Shown here in pieces: positions 46,193 to 56,560 of a stretch of DNA of 64,000 nucleotides. Every line of letters begins with the position of its first letter. Positions within the stretch are counted from its first letter, which is position 1. This stretch comes from a virus (Duplodnaviria > Caudoviricetes): positions 1,465 to 65,464 of the IMG/VR virus record IMGVR_UViG_3300020159_004070. The stretch is one strand, 5' to 3'. The notes below the pieces were generated by a model. The model did no database searches. It saw only the letters and a program-made list of their open reading frames with translations, and had not been told where the DNA came from. The translations under genes and the position numbers were made by a program.

Positions 46193-47914
46193 ATGAAACT
46201 AATCAACGAAGCGGAAATCTTCGATACCTGGGGCCCGATCGTAGAGCAGAAGGCTGGAATCGTAGATACCGAGAAAAAACAGTGGTTGAGCAAGTATTGC
46301 CACTACCACTCCTTAAATGAATCTGCTGGAGCTTACCAGTCTCTTGCAGTAGTAAACGGTATGGGTGCCGTACAACCACCCGCTTATCCTGGTGGATACA
46401 ACTCCTTAGGTAACGCAGTAGGTACGCAAGCTAACGCTGCTTTCTACAACGCTGCTAACCAAGGATCTGGCGACAAGTTCCCATCACTTCTTCCTCTTGC
46501 AATTCAGGTTGCTGCGAAGACAGTTGGTTTCGATATCGTTCCAGTTATCCCAATGTCAGGTCCTACTGGCGTACTTTCTTACCTAGATTACGTATACTCT
46601 GGTGGTAAAATTGCTCCATCAAACGTTGGATCTACTGCAGCTGATGCTTTGGCTGTTGCTCCATCTATGATCAAGTTTAACCTTACCTCTCCTGCATCTG
46701 GTTACCCTGCAAACTTCGTAGTAGGTACTACTTACTACATCCAGAACGCAACTTCTGCTTCTGCAGAAATTACAACTGAGTTTGTTGGTCTTTCAAGAAT
46801 TGATGGCTTCCCAATCTTCAGAATTATGGGTATCACCGCTGGTGAAACTGTAGCTGATGTACTTGACGGTGGTGCTACTAAAATTGGTACTTCTTCAGGA
46901 GGTACTCAGGCTGGTACTACAACTGCAAGAGCAGAATTGGTAAAAGCTCTTGAGGATCACATCCAAGGATTCTCTGGTGCTGGTTTCAACAACGACCAAG
47001 ACTGGCAAGGACCTTTCGTAGACGGTACTAAGACTTACAACCCAATGTTAAGAGGTGTAGGTGAAAGCACTTACTACAACTCAATGGGTCTTTCGACTTT
47101 CACTAAGTTCGTAGAAGCTGACACTTTCCAAGTTGCTGCTTCTGTAACTACAGAGCAAATCCAAGACCTTAACAAGCAGTTCGGTATCGACGTAATCTCT
47201 ATGATCGAGAACGCACTTGTAAACGAGGTTTCACAAGCAATCAACAAGCACATCCTATCTAGAGCATTTGCTCTTGGTTGGTCTAACCACTATGAGTTCT
47301 TTACTACAGAAGGACAAAACTTGAACTTGAACCTCGTTATCGGTGGTACTGCAGGTTCATACACAATCCCTTCATACGTAGGTAAGTCTGATACTGGTCT
47401 TACTCTTGCTGGTACTGCTGGTCCTGCTTCAGGAACTTACGAGAACTTGTCAACTCTTCAGAGAAGACTATTCTCTAGAATCCTTGCTGGTGCTAACGTA
47501 GTTGCTAACAGAGGTAGAAGAGGTCCTGCTAACTTCATCGTTACTAACGCTAACGTTGCAAGTGCACTTCAGGACATCTCTCAGTTCACTTTCGCACCTT
47601 TCTCTAACACGTTGACTCAAAACAACGGTACACTTTACCCTGTAGGTTCGCTTGCTGGTATGACTGTATACGTTGATCAAAACATGACGTTCAGCGATAA
47701 CAGAGTACTTATCGGAAGAAAAGGTGGTGACGACGAACCAGGACTTAAGTTCATGCCTTACATGATGGCTGAGTCTATCCAAACAATCTCAGAAGGTACA
47801 ATGTCTCCTAAGATTGCGGTTAAATCTCGTTACGCTCTAGTAGAAGCTGGTTTCCACCCAGAAACTCTTTACTTCTGCTTCCACGTAAACGTTCCTGCTG
47901 GCGGTTTATCCTAA
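46193..47914 (+). CDS. gp23: Major capsid protein (gp23-like)
   Basis: LNE cleavage site, VPVIPMSGPTG, TEQIQDL, NEVSQAINK, RGRRGPANFIV, G.LAGMTVYVD, FMPY and PKIAVKSRYAL; strongly biased codons. Confidence 0.95.
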   Translation: MKLINEAEIFDTWGPIVEQKAGIVDTEKKQWLSKYCHYHSLNESAGAYQSLAVVNGMGAVQPPAYPGGYNSLGNAVGTQANAAFYNAANQGSGDKFPSLLPLAIQVAAKTVGFDIVPVIPMSGPTGVLSYLDYVYSGGKIAPSNVGSTAADALAVAPSMIKFNLTSPASGYPANFVVGTTYYIQNATSASAEITTEFVGLSRIDGFPIFRIMGITAGETVADVLDGGATKIGTSSGGTQAGTTTARAELVKALEDHIQGFSGAGFNNDQDWQGPFVDGTKTYNPMLRGVGESTYYNSMGLSTFTKFVEADTFQVAASVTTEQIQDLNKQFGIDVISMIENALVNEVSQAINKHILSRAFALGWSNHYEFFTTEGQNLNLNLVIGGTAGSYTIPSYVGKSDTGLTLAGTAGPASGTYENLSTLQRRLFSRILAGANVVANRGRRGPANFIVTNANVASALQDISQFTFAPFSNTLTQNNGTLYPVGSLAGMTVYVDQNMTFSDNRVLIGRKGGDDEPGLKFMPYMMAESIQTISEGTMSPKIAVKSRYALVEAGFHPETLYFCFHVNVPAGGLS

Positions 47915-47934
47915 CCAGTAGTTTAAACACTATT

Positions 47935-47968
47935 AAAACCCCGGGTGAAAGCCTGGGGTTTTTCTTTT
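47935..47968 (+). terminator. Intrinsic terminator after the capsid gene
   Basis: AAAACCCCGGGT-GAAA-GCCTGGGGTTTTT hairpin with GNRA loop and U-tract. Confidence 0.88.
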
Positions 47969-48011
47969 GTTGGGGGATATATACATAAAGTAAATATTCG
48001 AAAAGTTGACT

Positions 48012-49166
48012 ATGAAAAGAATAAACGATTTCAATAAATTTTTATTGGAGAGGGATCTAAACTCGCCAGAGGATAAGCTAGTTGCTGAAGAAATCTCACA
48101 TTGGGTAGAGCAGCCTCTTTTTGAAGCTTCTTTCATGGACACCATCAAGAATACACTAGGAAAAGCACTGGGTCCATTCTCTAAGATATCATCGATAGAT
48201 AAAATTAGAGAGGGAAACCTTGCAATCGAAAAAGAATTGGTTAGTAAAAAGTACGAGCTTAGAGATAAACTCGATTCCCTTGAATTGAAGCTTGACGAGG
48301 TAAGAAAAAGGGCAAACAAAGCTGCTGTAATCTCTGTCGAAAACGAGATTGACAAAGTAAAAGAAGAATATCGAACCTTTGTCAAAAATCGTAAAGCAGT
48401 GATGGAAAGGGGCATGGAACTTTTGAAAAAAGCAATCTCAGGGAAAGAAAGATTGAAGGAATATTACAAAGCGGGTAAAGCTGAAGATGATGTTGAGCTT
48501 TCTGAGATGGAATATGAATTGGCCAAGAAAAAGTCAGGGGATGCTGGAGAAATAGAGAATCTTAGAAAATCTCTCGAGGCAGCCAAGAAAGAAGCTGATG
48601 AGATAGTGAAAAGATTTTCAAAAGAAAATACTCAGCAACAACAGCAACAACAGCAAACCAATCCGAATCCAAAAAAGAGATTAAATCTCAGCCGGAGAGA
48701 ATTGGTTGATCTTTCAGTTATTAACAAAATAATCAACGGTAAGAACGGTTCAGAAATAGAACAACTTAGAAAACTAACCGGAGAATTTGGACATGAACAT
48801 AAACTCGAGCTCATAGATATGTTGGTAGATCTTGCTCAAAAAGTTGATGTAGCTCGAAAAAAGGGTCTTAAGCCTAACAAAATGATAGACAAAGCAGAAG
48901 AAAAAGCGATTAAAATGGCAAATGATGTTGATTCAGCTGAGAATCTGCGAAAAGTATATAAAACACTTGGAAATTTAGGATCTGACATCGAAGCTAAGTT
49001 AAGTTCTTCTTCCGAACTATCATCAATCCTGGCTAAGATTAATAAAGCTTTGATGGATGGACAGGATGCTAATTCAGGAACAACAAGCCAAGTAATAGCG
49101 ACCTTCGGAAGTAATCCAACTTTAACCGGAGATAATTTAAGAGACCTTGTAAAAAAAGTTAAATAA
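48012..49166 (+). CDS. Putative head-internal coiled-coil protein, paralogue A
   Basis: MKRINDFNKFLLE N-terminus; late promoter at 47976; short poly-Q tract. Confidence 0.6.
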   Translation: MKRINDFNKFLLERDLNSPEDKLVAEEISHWVEQPLFEASFMDTIKNTLGKALGPFSKISSIDKIREGNLAIEKELVSKKYELRDKLDSLELKLDEVRKRANKAAVISVENEIDKVKEEYRTFVKNRKAVMERGMELLKKAISGKERLKEYYKAGKAEDDVELSEMEYELAKKKSGDAGEIENLRKSLEAAKKEADEIVKRFSKENTQQQQQQQQTNPNPKKRLNLSRRELVDLSVINKIINGKNGSEIEQLRKLTGEFGHEHKLELIDMLVDLAQKVDVARKKGLKPNKMIDKAEEKAIKMANDVDSAENLRKVYKTLGNLGSDIEAKLSSSSELSSILAKINKALMDGQDANSGTTSQVIATFGSNPTLTGDNLRDLVKKVK

Positions 49167-49168
49167 GC

Positions 49169-50065
49169 ATGCTTTATAAATTCAGACAATGGGAACAGAA
49201 TGTTCTTAACGAAGCAAACAGTTTAACTAACATCTTCGATTGGTTAACATCAAATTTTGGTGGATCTATTGCAAAAATAGACTCTCTGTTAAGTCAAATT
49301 AATTCCATCGAAACTCAATATTCAAAGGATTGGAATGAAATTCAAACCGACATCGATGCTTTGGAAGTTCAAAAAGCACAAACAAAAAGTGACCCAGCGG
49401 AAAGTAAAAAGCTCGAGAGAATGATCGATAGAAATCAGAAACTTTTGACTGCGCTTTCAAGAAAAAGAAAAGCTGACATAGAAAAGATCGATTCTAAAGT
49501 AGAAAAAGTTACGGACGGTAAGATAAAGCTTATTTCTTACTGGAACCTGAAGAAAGCGGAGCTCGAAGCTGATTTAGCGGAAAAGCTTTATAAGATGTCT
49601 AAACAACTGACCGACGAATCTGTCGCGGATGAGCTTTATGATAAATACAAAAGAGCTGCTCTCGAAGCAAAAAAGAAAGACGAAAAATTCAGGGAGAAAT
49701 TCGGGAAGCTTGATCTTGCAGCATCTTCAACTGTTTCAAAGAAAGAAGCTGACGAAGAAACAAGTTTAAGCTCTGCCAACTTTTCAATGGATCCTATTTT
49801 TGCAATGAACGCACCTCAATTTACAAAATTCGTTCAGGGTCTTGAAAAAAGTCAAATATCTTCTCTGATAAAGTCTTTGCAAAAAGAAAGGAATGAAAGA
49901 TACGCTACGCTTGATACTGAAAGAGACAGACTTGAAGATCAAGCAGAGAAAAGAGGATTTTCCAAAGATGATGTCAAAAAAGACATGAAGGAATTAAGGG
50001 AAACCCTTATGGAGCAAATTAGAGATTTGAGAACTAAAATAACTATTGCTAGAAGATATGCTTAA
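49169..50065 (+). CDS. Putative head-internal coiled-coil protein, paralogue B
   Basis: MLYKFRQWEQNVLNEA N-terminus; GK.KL..YW..KKAE....L.E..Y segment shared with the previous gene. Confidence 0.6.
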   Translation: MLYKFRQWEQNVLNEANSLTNIFDWLTSNFGGSIAKIDSLLSQINSIETQYSKDWNEIQTDIDALEVQKAQTKSDPAESKKLERMIDRNQKLLTALSRKRKADIEKIDSKVEKVTDGKIKLISYWNLKKAELEADLAEKLYKMSKQLTDESVADELYDKYKRAALEAKKKDEKFREKFGKLDLAASSTVSKKEADEETSLSSANFSMDPIFAMNAPQFTKFVQGLEKSQISSLIKSLQKERNERYATLDTERDRLEDQAEKRGFSKDDVKKDMKELRETLMEQIRDLRTKITIARRYA

Positions 50066-50327
50066 TTACATCACAAAAATCAATGAATTCAGAATAAACG
50101 AAGACGTTAACGCTGATTTAGTAAAGGCGAAAGCCGATGTAAACGCAAAACAAGCAGAGATTGCGGAAGAAATAGCAAAGCAGAAGAATTTGCAAGATAT
50201 GAAGCAAAAAGCTGCGAGCATCAGAAATCAGGCAAGATTGACTTCCCAAATGCCTGCTTTGCTGAACGCATTAGCAAATGCAATGGATGCTAAAACAGAA
50301 TCCGGAGACACAACAAACATCTATTAA
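50058..50327 (+). CDS. Small putative head-internal protein
   Basis: MLNYITKINEFRINE N-terminus. Confidence 0.55.
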   Translation: MLNYITKINEFRINEDVNADLVKAKADVNAKQAEIAEEIAKQKNLQDMKQKAASIRNQARLTSQMPALLNALANAMDAKTESGDTTNIY

Positions 50328-50328
50328 A

Positions 50329-52716
50329 ATGAGCAGAAATTACTTCAATACAAATCCTATCGCTAGACAATTGTTTTCTGATGCTTTCCATCTGAATGAA
50401 AACGAGATTGTAGATTCAAATATTAAACAAGCAATTGGAATTCTATTCAGTTGCATGAAATACATTTGCTTTGACATTGCTACGGACAAAAATAGGAGCG
50501 TCGAATCGATTAATAAAAAGATTACAAGCTTATCCTCATCCCCATCGTTGAAAGCTCTTGTAGCAGCTTTAAAAGACGTTTGTTCTGATGTTGAGGTTCA
50601 TCCGGAGTATGCAAAAGCTAAGCAGGATTATTTAGCCGCTATAAACAAAACTTCCGATGCAATCAAGAGATTATCAGAGATCGATACTTCTCTAGAAGCA
50701 AAAGCAATCAAGTACTTCAAGGAGTTTGGAACATCCCTGGTTTCGGTGGCAAAAGAAGTAGCTGCTGAACAAAAGCAAAACCTAAACGAATCTTTAAGGA
50801 TCGGATTTTCTGGTAGAGTTGATAATTTGAAGAAAGAACTAACTAATTTAATTCTTGATTCTAAAGATAAGGATGCTAAAAGAGGATACGGAAGGGATTG
50901 GTTTAGATTGTTTCAATCTATGCTACAAAAGTTGTCTGCAATTGATCCTGATAAATCAATACACACCGATAATGATAGAAAAAACCTGATCGAGCTAGAA
51001 AAGAAAACAGATACTTTGAGTCAGGAATATGAACAATATAAAGTCAAGGCTATGGAAATGGCTATGTCTTCTATCATCAAGGATCCTGATTTGTCAAGCA
51101 AATTTGGAGACTTTGTCGAAATGATGACAACCGCTCTTGATAACGTGAGTAAAGTTAATACAGATCATGGAATCATCAAAGTAAAAATCAGGGAAGAATT
51201 AGAGGATAAAGAAAACAAGATGAATGATCGGGTTTTCCCTCTTAAGCAAGGAGACAAAGATACCGACGGTAAACTTAAAGGATCCGGTCTAATTACAGCA
51301 ATCCAGGAAGCTTTGATTAACTCATTTGCTCCTATCAAGAATCTTATGGATTCCCGGGGTGGTGCTAATGGAAAGTATGAGTCTGCTACAACTGTAGCAG
51401 TTAAAGCAATACAATCTGCTTTAGGGAATAAAGACGTAAATGGAAATTTAGACAAGCCTTTACTAGATTCACTTTTGAAACTAGATCAGGTTCCGGCTGA
51501 AAATAAAGAAAAAATCAAAGTTGCCCTATCAAAGCTAAGAGAGACATACAGCACAGTCTCTGAAAATTCCAACGCTGTAAACGCTGCTAAATTCTTTGGG
51601 ATAAACGAAGGAATGACTTATATCGATCCAGAAGATATAGATGCTAAGATCAAAGTTTATTCGGAGGAACTAGGAGAAGATAATTCTAATATGACAGCTG
51701 GTACATCCGATGCAGCTGTTGCAGATGCACTTGCAAAAATTCTCAGAACCAAAAATTACAACAAAAATGCTGAAGCTGAGGATTTCGTGAGGGAAGACGG
51801 AACTTTGAAGGGTGCTTATCCAGCAGACTTTTTGGAAGCCTGGAAGAAGGCAGCATCAGGTGATCGAGAAGCAGCTTTCTTTTTCATAGAGGATGAGGAT
51901 GGTACAGGTGGACTTTATCCAACCAAAAGAGTTTCTTGTAACATTAACAAGCCTTGTAACTGGAAAAGATATTCTTCAATCAGCGGGCACGATCAAGAGG
52001 ATATTAACAACTTTGGTAAATGGTACACTACATACTACAAAAACTTTGGTGGTATGAATTCAGATATTAAGAAAAGCGTGATTATGGGTGTTTTTGACGA
52101 CAACTGTGAAAACGCAGAAACCGCTAAATTGAAAGAAATTTGTTCATTGTATGAGGATATCAAAGACGTTTTGATTGCACATGACAAAGAGGTTTATTCC
52201 GGATACATCAGACCTTCATCATTCAAGAGATTGGAGAAAATTGGGGAAGGTTTAGGATTGGATGATATTTCATCACTCAAACCAAATGAGCTTAGAACTT
52301 TGTACAATATGATTGTGCTTCTTTGCCCTTCTATTACATATGATAGTTCGGAGGATTCTTGGGTTCCAGCTTTAGAGCTGTTTTGTAAAAAGTTGGGAGT
52401 AGATCAGGAAGAATTAGTATCTGAAATCAAAAGAAGCTCTTATTTGGGTAAACCGGGAGAATTTGCTTCTGAGAAAGTAATAGTTATAGACAAGCCTGAA
52501 GAAAACACTGGAAATGAGATTATCAAATCCATTGTTATTGGGGATTCGGAGGAATCAGAAAAAGTAGCTAAAATGAAGTCAACATTGAGTCGGATTAGAC
52601 CAATCGTTAAAGCTTTAAGTAAACACACAAAAAGAATGAGTGTTGAAAAAAGCGATGACATCACTTCGGATATTTCCGATTCTATAGTCGTTGTTTCCTT
52701 TTCCAAAAAAGATTAG
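50329..52716 (+). CDS. Large putative virion protein with peptidoglycan-binding-like domain
   Basis: LKQGD..G.LI.AIQEAL...NGKY...T..AVKAIQ...VNG pattern (PG_binding_1-like); several LNE/INE sites. Confidence 0.55.
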   Translation: MSRNYFNTNPIARQLFSDAFHLNENEIVDSNIKQAIGILFSCMKYICFDIATDKNRSVESINKKITSLSSSPSLKALVAALKDVCSDVEVHPEYAKAKQDYLAAINKTSDAIKRLSEIDTSLEAKAIKYFKEFGTSLVSVAKEVAAEQKQNLNESLRIGFSGRVDNLKKELTNLILDSKDKDAKRGYGRDWFRLFQSMLQKLSAIDPDKSIHTDNDRKNLIELEKKTDTLSQEYEQYKVKAMEMAMSSIIKDPDLSSKFGDFVEMMTTALDNVSKVNTDHGIIKVKIREELEDKENKMNDRVFPLKQGDKDTDGKLKGSGLITAIQEALINSFAPIKNLMDSRGGANGKYESATTVAVKAIQSALGNKDVNGNLDKPLLDSLLKLDQVPAENKEKIKVALSKLRETYSTVSENSNAVNAAKFFGINEGMTYIDPEDIDAKIKVYSEELGEDNSNMTAGTSDAAVADALAKILRTKNYNKNAEAEDFVREDGTLKGAYPADFLEAWKKAASGDREAAFFFIEDEDGTGGLYPTKRVSCNINKPCNWKRYSSISGHDQEDINNFGKWYTTYYKNFGGMNSDIKKSVIMGVFDDNCENAETAKLKEICSLYEDIKDVLIAHDKEVYSGYIRPSSFKRLEKIGEGLGLDDISSLKPNELRTLYNMIVLLCPSITYDSSEDSWVPALELFCKKLGVDQEELVSEIKRSSYLGKPGEFASEKVIVIDKPEENTGNEIIKSIVIGDSEESEKVAKMKSTLSRIRPIVKALSKHTKRMSVEKSDDITSDISDSIVVVSFSKKD

Positions 52717-52743
52717 AAACTTACCAATTCGGTAGTCCTATAA
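52716..52743 (+). promoter_or_regulatory. ECF-type (middle) promoter GAAAC-N17-CTATAA upstream of the GT/kinase/asnB operon
   Basis: Same bipartite motif. Confidence 0.65.
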
Positions 52744-52760
52744 AATCCAAAGAATGGATT

Positions 52761-53660
52761 GTGGGTCTTAAGAATAGCAAAATTTACTTCTTAACGTTTT
52801 GCACAGAGGGAGAACCTTTTGATCTTGGAAAGAACTTAAGCTCAAATGCCAGGAAGATAAAATTGCTTCTGACCCCCTTTTTTGATGATGTTATAATTTA
52901 CACACCAAGGACACTGAAAGAGTGTGAAGGATCGGAAAATTTTTGTAATTTCCATGAGGGAGGATTTAGTCTTAATCCAGGATTAAACACTATCGGATGC
53001 GGTGATTTTAAATCGTTCATTATTGATAAAACGCTCTCAGAAATAGACGAGGGTGATCTCTTGATGTATCATGATTGCAATTTTTTGAAATATCCGCAGT
53101 ACTGGCAAACAGATTGGGAAAAAATCAAAGAAACGTGCGAGTTGTTATTAGGGTCAAACAAATCCGATTTTTTTGCACCTTTTGAATCATTGATGGATGG
53201 ATTCCCGAATATTGTCAGGACGCACGGAAAAAGGTTTACTACAGATAGGATAATCCTTGATCCAATCGAGTCAGAATTGGTGTCTTGGTGTTATGAAATT
53301 GCATCGAGCAGAATCATTATAAAGAACACTCAAGATTCCAGAGATTTCTTCTCTGAGTACTTAGCATTGTGCAAAAGAAAAGACCTCTTAAAATTATACC
53401 CAGACCCAAATCCATACCCAGAATTTACACACAGTTGTCCAGAACAACATGTATTGAATTGTTTGATTTATAAATGGATATTGGATGGGAAATTAGATCC
53501 ATCTTTTCCCCGATATATGTTTTATAATAGAAAATTCAGAATAGATGATAATTTGATGCTTTATGAAAATTATACACTAACGAAATATATGGCTTCGAAG
53601 TTCATAAAAGGTATGGTTGAAAAAATCAACTGTCTAGGTCAAAACAATAAAGAAAATTAA
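52761..53660 (+). CDS. Glycosyltransferase-like protein, paralogue A
   Basis: FKSFII.K.L..I.EGD.L.YHDCN and H...EQHVLNCL resemble GT-A (GT34/GT77-like) motifs. Confidence 0.5.
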   Translation: MGLKNSKIYFLTFCTEGEPFDLGKNLSSNARKIKLLLTPFFDDVIIYTPRTLKECEGSENFCNFHEGGFSLNPGLNTIGCGDFKSFIIDKTLSEIDEGDLLMYHDCNFLKYPQYWQTDWEKIKETCELLLGSNKSDFFAPFESLMDGFPNIVRTHGKRFTTDRIILDPIESELVSWCYEIASSRIIIKNTQDSRDFFSEYLALCKRKDLLKLYPDPNPYPEFTHSCPEQHVLNCLIYKWILDGKLDPSFPRYMFYNRKFRIDDNLMLYENYTLTKYMASKFIKGMVEKINCLGQNNKEN

Positions 53661-53664
53661 GGTC

Positions 53665-54594
53665 TTGGAAAAAGTTAAAATCTACTTTGTTACCTTTTGT
53701 AGTCAGGGAGAACCATTTGACGGAGGTAAAAATCTGAGACAAAACTCAAGCAACATTAAAACCGTTCTTTCTGCCTTTTTTGATGATGTGTTTGTGTTTA
53801 CCCCGCAGTCGCTCAAACTTTGTGATGGAGCTGATGATTTTTGTAACCCACAGGGGGAAGATTTCCCACTGAACCCCGGAATGAGCTCAATAGGATGTGG
53901 GGACTTCAAGGCGTTTATCGTAGACAAGATTCTTTCAGAAATAGAAGAGGGGTCAATTCTTTTTTATAATGATTGCAATTTTTCGAAATACCCTCAATAT
54001 TGGCAAACTGATTGGGAAAATCTGCAACAAGTGTTTGAATTCCTGCTGGACGAAAATTTTTCGGATTTTTATTTCCCTTTTGAATCACCTCTAGAGGATA
54101 AGCTAAATCTCGTCAGATATCACGGAAAGAGATATACTACTGATTACATAATTCGTAATCATGAAGAGAGTGAGATAATTTCACGTTGTTATGAAATAGC
54201 ATCCAGTAGAATGATAATTAGAAACACTGCAAGGTCTAGAGAATTCTTTTCTGAATTCAAGAATCTTTGTAGAAAAAGTGATCTGCTATCTAAATATCCA
54301 AATCCAAATCCATATCCAGAATACACACACAGCACAATAGATCAACACGTCTTGAACTGTTTGGTGTATAAACACATATTGGACGGAAAACTTCATTCGG
54401 GATTTCCTAAATTTATGCTGAAGAACAGAGTTTTAAGGATTGACGAGAATTTAACTATCCTTAAAAATGAAGAATTGTCGAAATATATGGACACGAAATC
54501 CATAAAGAGTATGATTGAAAATATTCAAAACAAGAGAAATGATAACGATTTTCGAGGGTATCAGGAATTCAGGGAAGACTTTTTTATCACATAA
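53665..54594 (+). CDS. Glycosyltransferase-like protein, paralogue B
   Basis: Highly similar to the previous ORF (KYPQYWQTDWE, CYEIASSR, PNPYPE.THS..QHVLNCL). Confidence 0.5.
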   Translation: MEKVKIYFVTFCSQGEPFDGGKNLRQNSSNIKTVLSAFFDDVFVFTPQSLKLCDGADDFCNPQGEDFPLNPGMSSIGCGDFKAFIVDKILSEIEEGSILFYNDCNFSKYPQYWQTDWENLQQVFEFLLDENFSDFYFPFESPLEDKLNLVRYHGKRYTTDYIIRNHEESEIISRCYEIASSRMIIRNTARSREFFSEFKNLCRKSDLLSKYPNPNPYPEYTHSTIDQHVLNCLVYKHILDGKLHSGFPKFMLKNRVLRIDENLTILKNEELSKYMDTKSIKSMIENIQNKRNDNDFRGYQEFREDFFIT

Positions 54595-55078
54595 GTTTTC
54601 TCACAGCAAAAAATTACCAATCTATAAATTCGATTTTGTTGGTTGGTTTACTAGACTTGAACTTGGTGACTCTGATGAGTCAACACATCTTTTTGCTTTG
54701 GGGAAAGAATTGATGCTTTTGCAACTTAACTCGCAGGGATTTTTACCTTCATTTGTCCTTGATCGTGGTATACTTACTGTTTTGACATGGGGAGTATTAT
54801 CGGGAAGAATCACTCTAGAAAAAGCATCTGAACAATTGGAGAAGATAGCAAAGAGCGGAATACTTACAAATTGTGAAATTATTGTTGTGAGTGGACAAAA
54901 CCCATCCAAAGATTCCCGGAATAAAGACGTATGGGATTTCAGAGATGGCGATAAAGGAGAGTTGGAAATATTAGAATACTTTATAAATAGAATTTCTTCC
55001 GAAGAATATGGTATAAAAGTCACTATGGTAGAGAATACCTTTGACGAAAGAACCTTGACTATACTTGAAAATATTTAA
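54539..55078 (+). CDS. P-loop nucleoside monophosphate kinase-like protein (thymidylate kinase-like)
   Basis: ITIFEGIRNSGKT and VLDRG motifs. Confidence 0.65.
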   Translation: MITIFEGIRNSGKTFLSHKFSHSKKLPIYKFDFVGWFTRLELGDSDESTHLFALGKELMLLQLNSQGFLPSFVLDRGILTVLTWGVLSGRITLEKASEQLEKIAKSGILTNCEIIVVSGQNPSKDSRNKDVWDFRDGDKGELEILEYFINRISSEEYGIKVTMVENTFDERTLTILENI

Positions 55079-55080
55079 AA

Positions 55081-56478
55081 ATGTGTGGAATAATTATTAC
55101 AAAGAATTCTGACTTAACCACGTTAGATTTAATTAAACATAGAGGAATTGAGAAATCCTTAATCAGTAGGGATGGTGTTGTTCTCTGTCATCATAGGTTG
55201 CCAATACAAACTGTAGATGGCGATGATTGGAATCAGCCTATAGAAATATCGGATGGAATATTTCTAATGTTTAACGGTGAGATTTTCAATTATGACCAGG
55301 AAAAGTTTGGATCTGATGTAGAATATTTAACAAATACTTTTAGTAGGTACAAAGGAGGAAGTTTTGAAATGTTTTGTGGACTATTTGTTCCCGTCATTCA
55401 AACTTGGGATGGATTCTGGGCTATCGTTTTGTACGATTCTAACTCGGGTGAATTAATTTCATTTACAGACCCACTTGGAAAGAAATGTCTTTATTACAAC
55501 AGTATGGGAGAGGTTTGCTCGGAAATCAAAGGCCTGGTTTCTACAAATTCCCCAATCGACGAAACGTATATAAGCACAGTAAGGAAGTTTGGATACAACA
55601 CAGACGAAAGAACTCCATATTCTGACATCAAAAGGATTCTGCCCAACAACATTTATTTTTTCAACATTGAAAGCATAGAGGTAGTCCAGGTTTATAAAAC
55701 ATATTACAAAGGTTTTGACCACCCTATTTCTGAGCTGGTTGGAAAAAGCTATGATGACCACTTGGAGTGGCTTTGGCAGAAGATGTTCGAGTCTGTAAAA
55801 AATAGATTGGTTTCTAAAGACTATCCAATTTCACTTCTAATCTCCGGTGGGTTGGATTCCTCAATCATTGCATCTATTCTCAACGAACTTGAAGCTGATG
55901 TCAGGTGGTTTAGTATAGAAAATGGGGAAAATGAGTATGTTGAAATTTTATACAAATTCTTAGGTAAGGAAGTTTCATTCTTGGACTACCAGATGGATGA
56001 TTCCAAAATTTCTGAAATCTATAAAAAATGGAATGAAACCCCGGTTGATCTAGGTTCTGTAGTTCCACAATTTCATTTGTTCGAAGCAGTTAAGAACTTT
56101 GGTGGATATCGAATAGTTTTATCCGGCGATGGGGCTGATGAACTTTTTGGTGGTTATAAAAGAATTCACGAATACGATTCACAAAAATCTGACATATTTG
56201 ATGAGCTGTCCTTTTATCATTTGCCAAGATTGGACAAAATGTCCATGGCTCACACTTTAGAACTAAGAAGCCCATTTCTCCATTTGGATATTGTAAGATT
56301 TGCTCTACATCTCCCCCTTGAATGGAGAATGGATAAAAAAATTCTGAAAGACACGTTCTCACCTTTACTCCCTGACGAAATAGTGAATCGAAAAAAAGCA
56401 CCATTGAAGAACCCAGAAATAAAGGAGGATAAGATAGCTTACCGATATAAAGCTGTTGACCTGTTTTTGAGAGATTAA
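55081..56478 (+). CDS. asnB: Asparagine synthase-like glutamine amidotransferase
   Basis: MCGI, HRG, HHRL, FNGEIFN, DPLGKKCLYY, SGGLDSS, SGDGADELFGGY, RLDKMSM and ELRSPFL. Confidence 0.9.
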   Translation: MCGIIITKNSDLTTLDLIKHRGIEKSLISRDGVVLCHHRLPIQTVDGDDWNQPIEISDGIFLMFNGEIFNYDQEKFGSDVEYLTNTFSRYKGGSFEMFCGLFVPVIQTWDGFWAIVLYDSNSGELISFTDPLGKKCLYYNSMGEVCSEIKGLVSTNSPIDETYISTVRKFGYNTDERTPYSDIKRILPNNIYFFNIESIEVVQVYKTYYKGFDHPISELVGKSYDDHLEWLWQKMFESVKNRLVSKDYPISLLISGGLDSSIIASILNELEADVRWFSIENGENEYVEILYKFLGKEVSFLDYQMDDSKISEIYKKWNETPVDLGSVVPQFHLFEAVKNFGGYRIVLSGDGADELFGGYKRIHEYDSQKSDIFDELSFYHLPRLDKMSMAHTLELRSPFLHLDIVRFALHLPLEWRMDKKILKDTFSPLLPDEIVNRKKAPLKNPEIKEDKIAYRYKAVDLFLRD

Positions 56479-56560
56479 AAAAATTACCTCCGTATTATAA
56501 TCTACCAAACTTCGTAGAAAAAAGAAAAGGTCCGGGATATATAAAGAAAAATCTCTCATA

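Noticed and set aside
9020-47914. Introns or inteins in terminase, portal, ligase or capsid genes
   Set aside because: The ORFs are uninterrupted, of expected size, and show no splicing or homing-endonuclease motifs.
48633-48657. CAG/CAA poly-Gln tract (also Pro-Thr repeats at ~17881-17919)
   Set aside because: Short low-complexity linkers with mixed codons; no evidence of phase variation.
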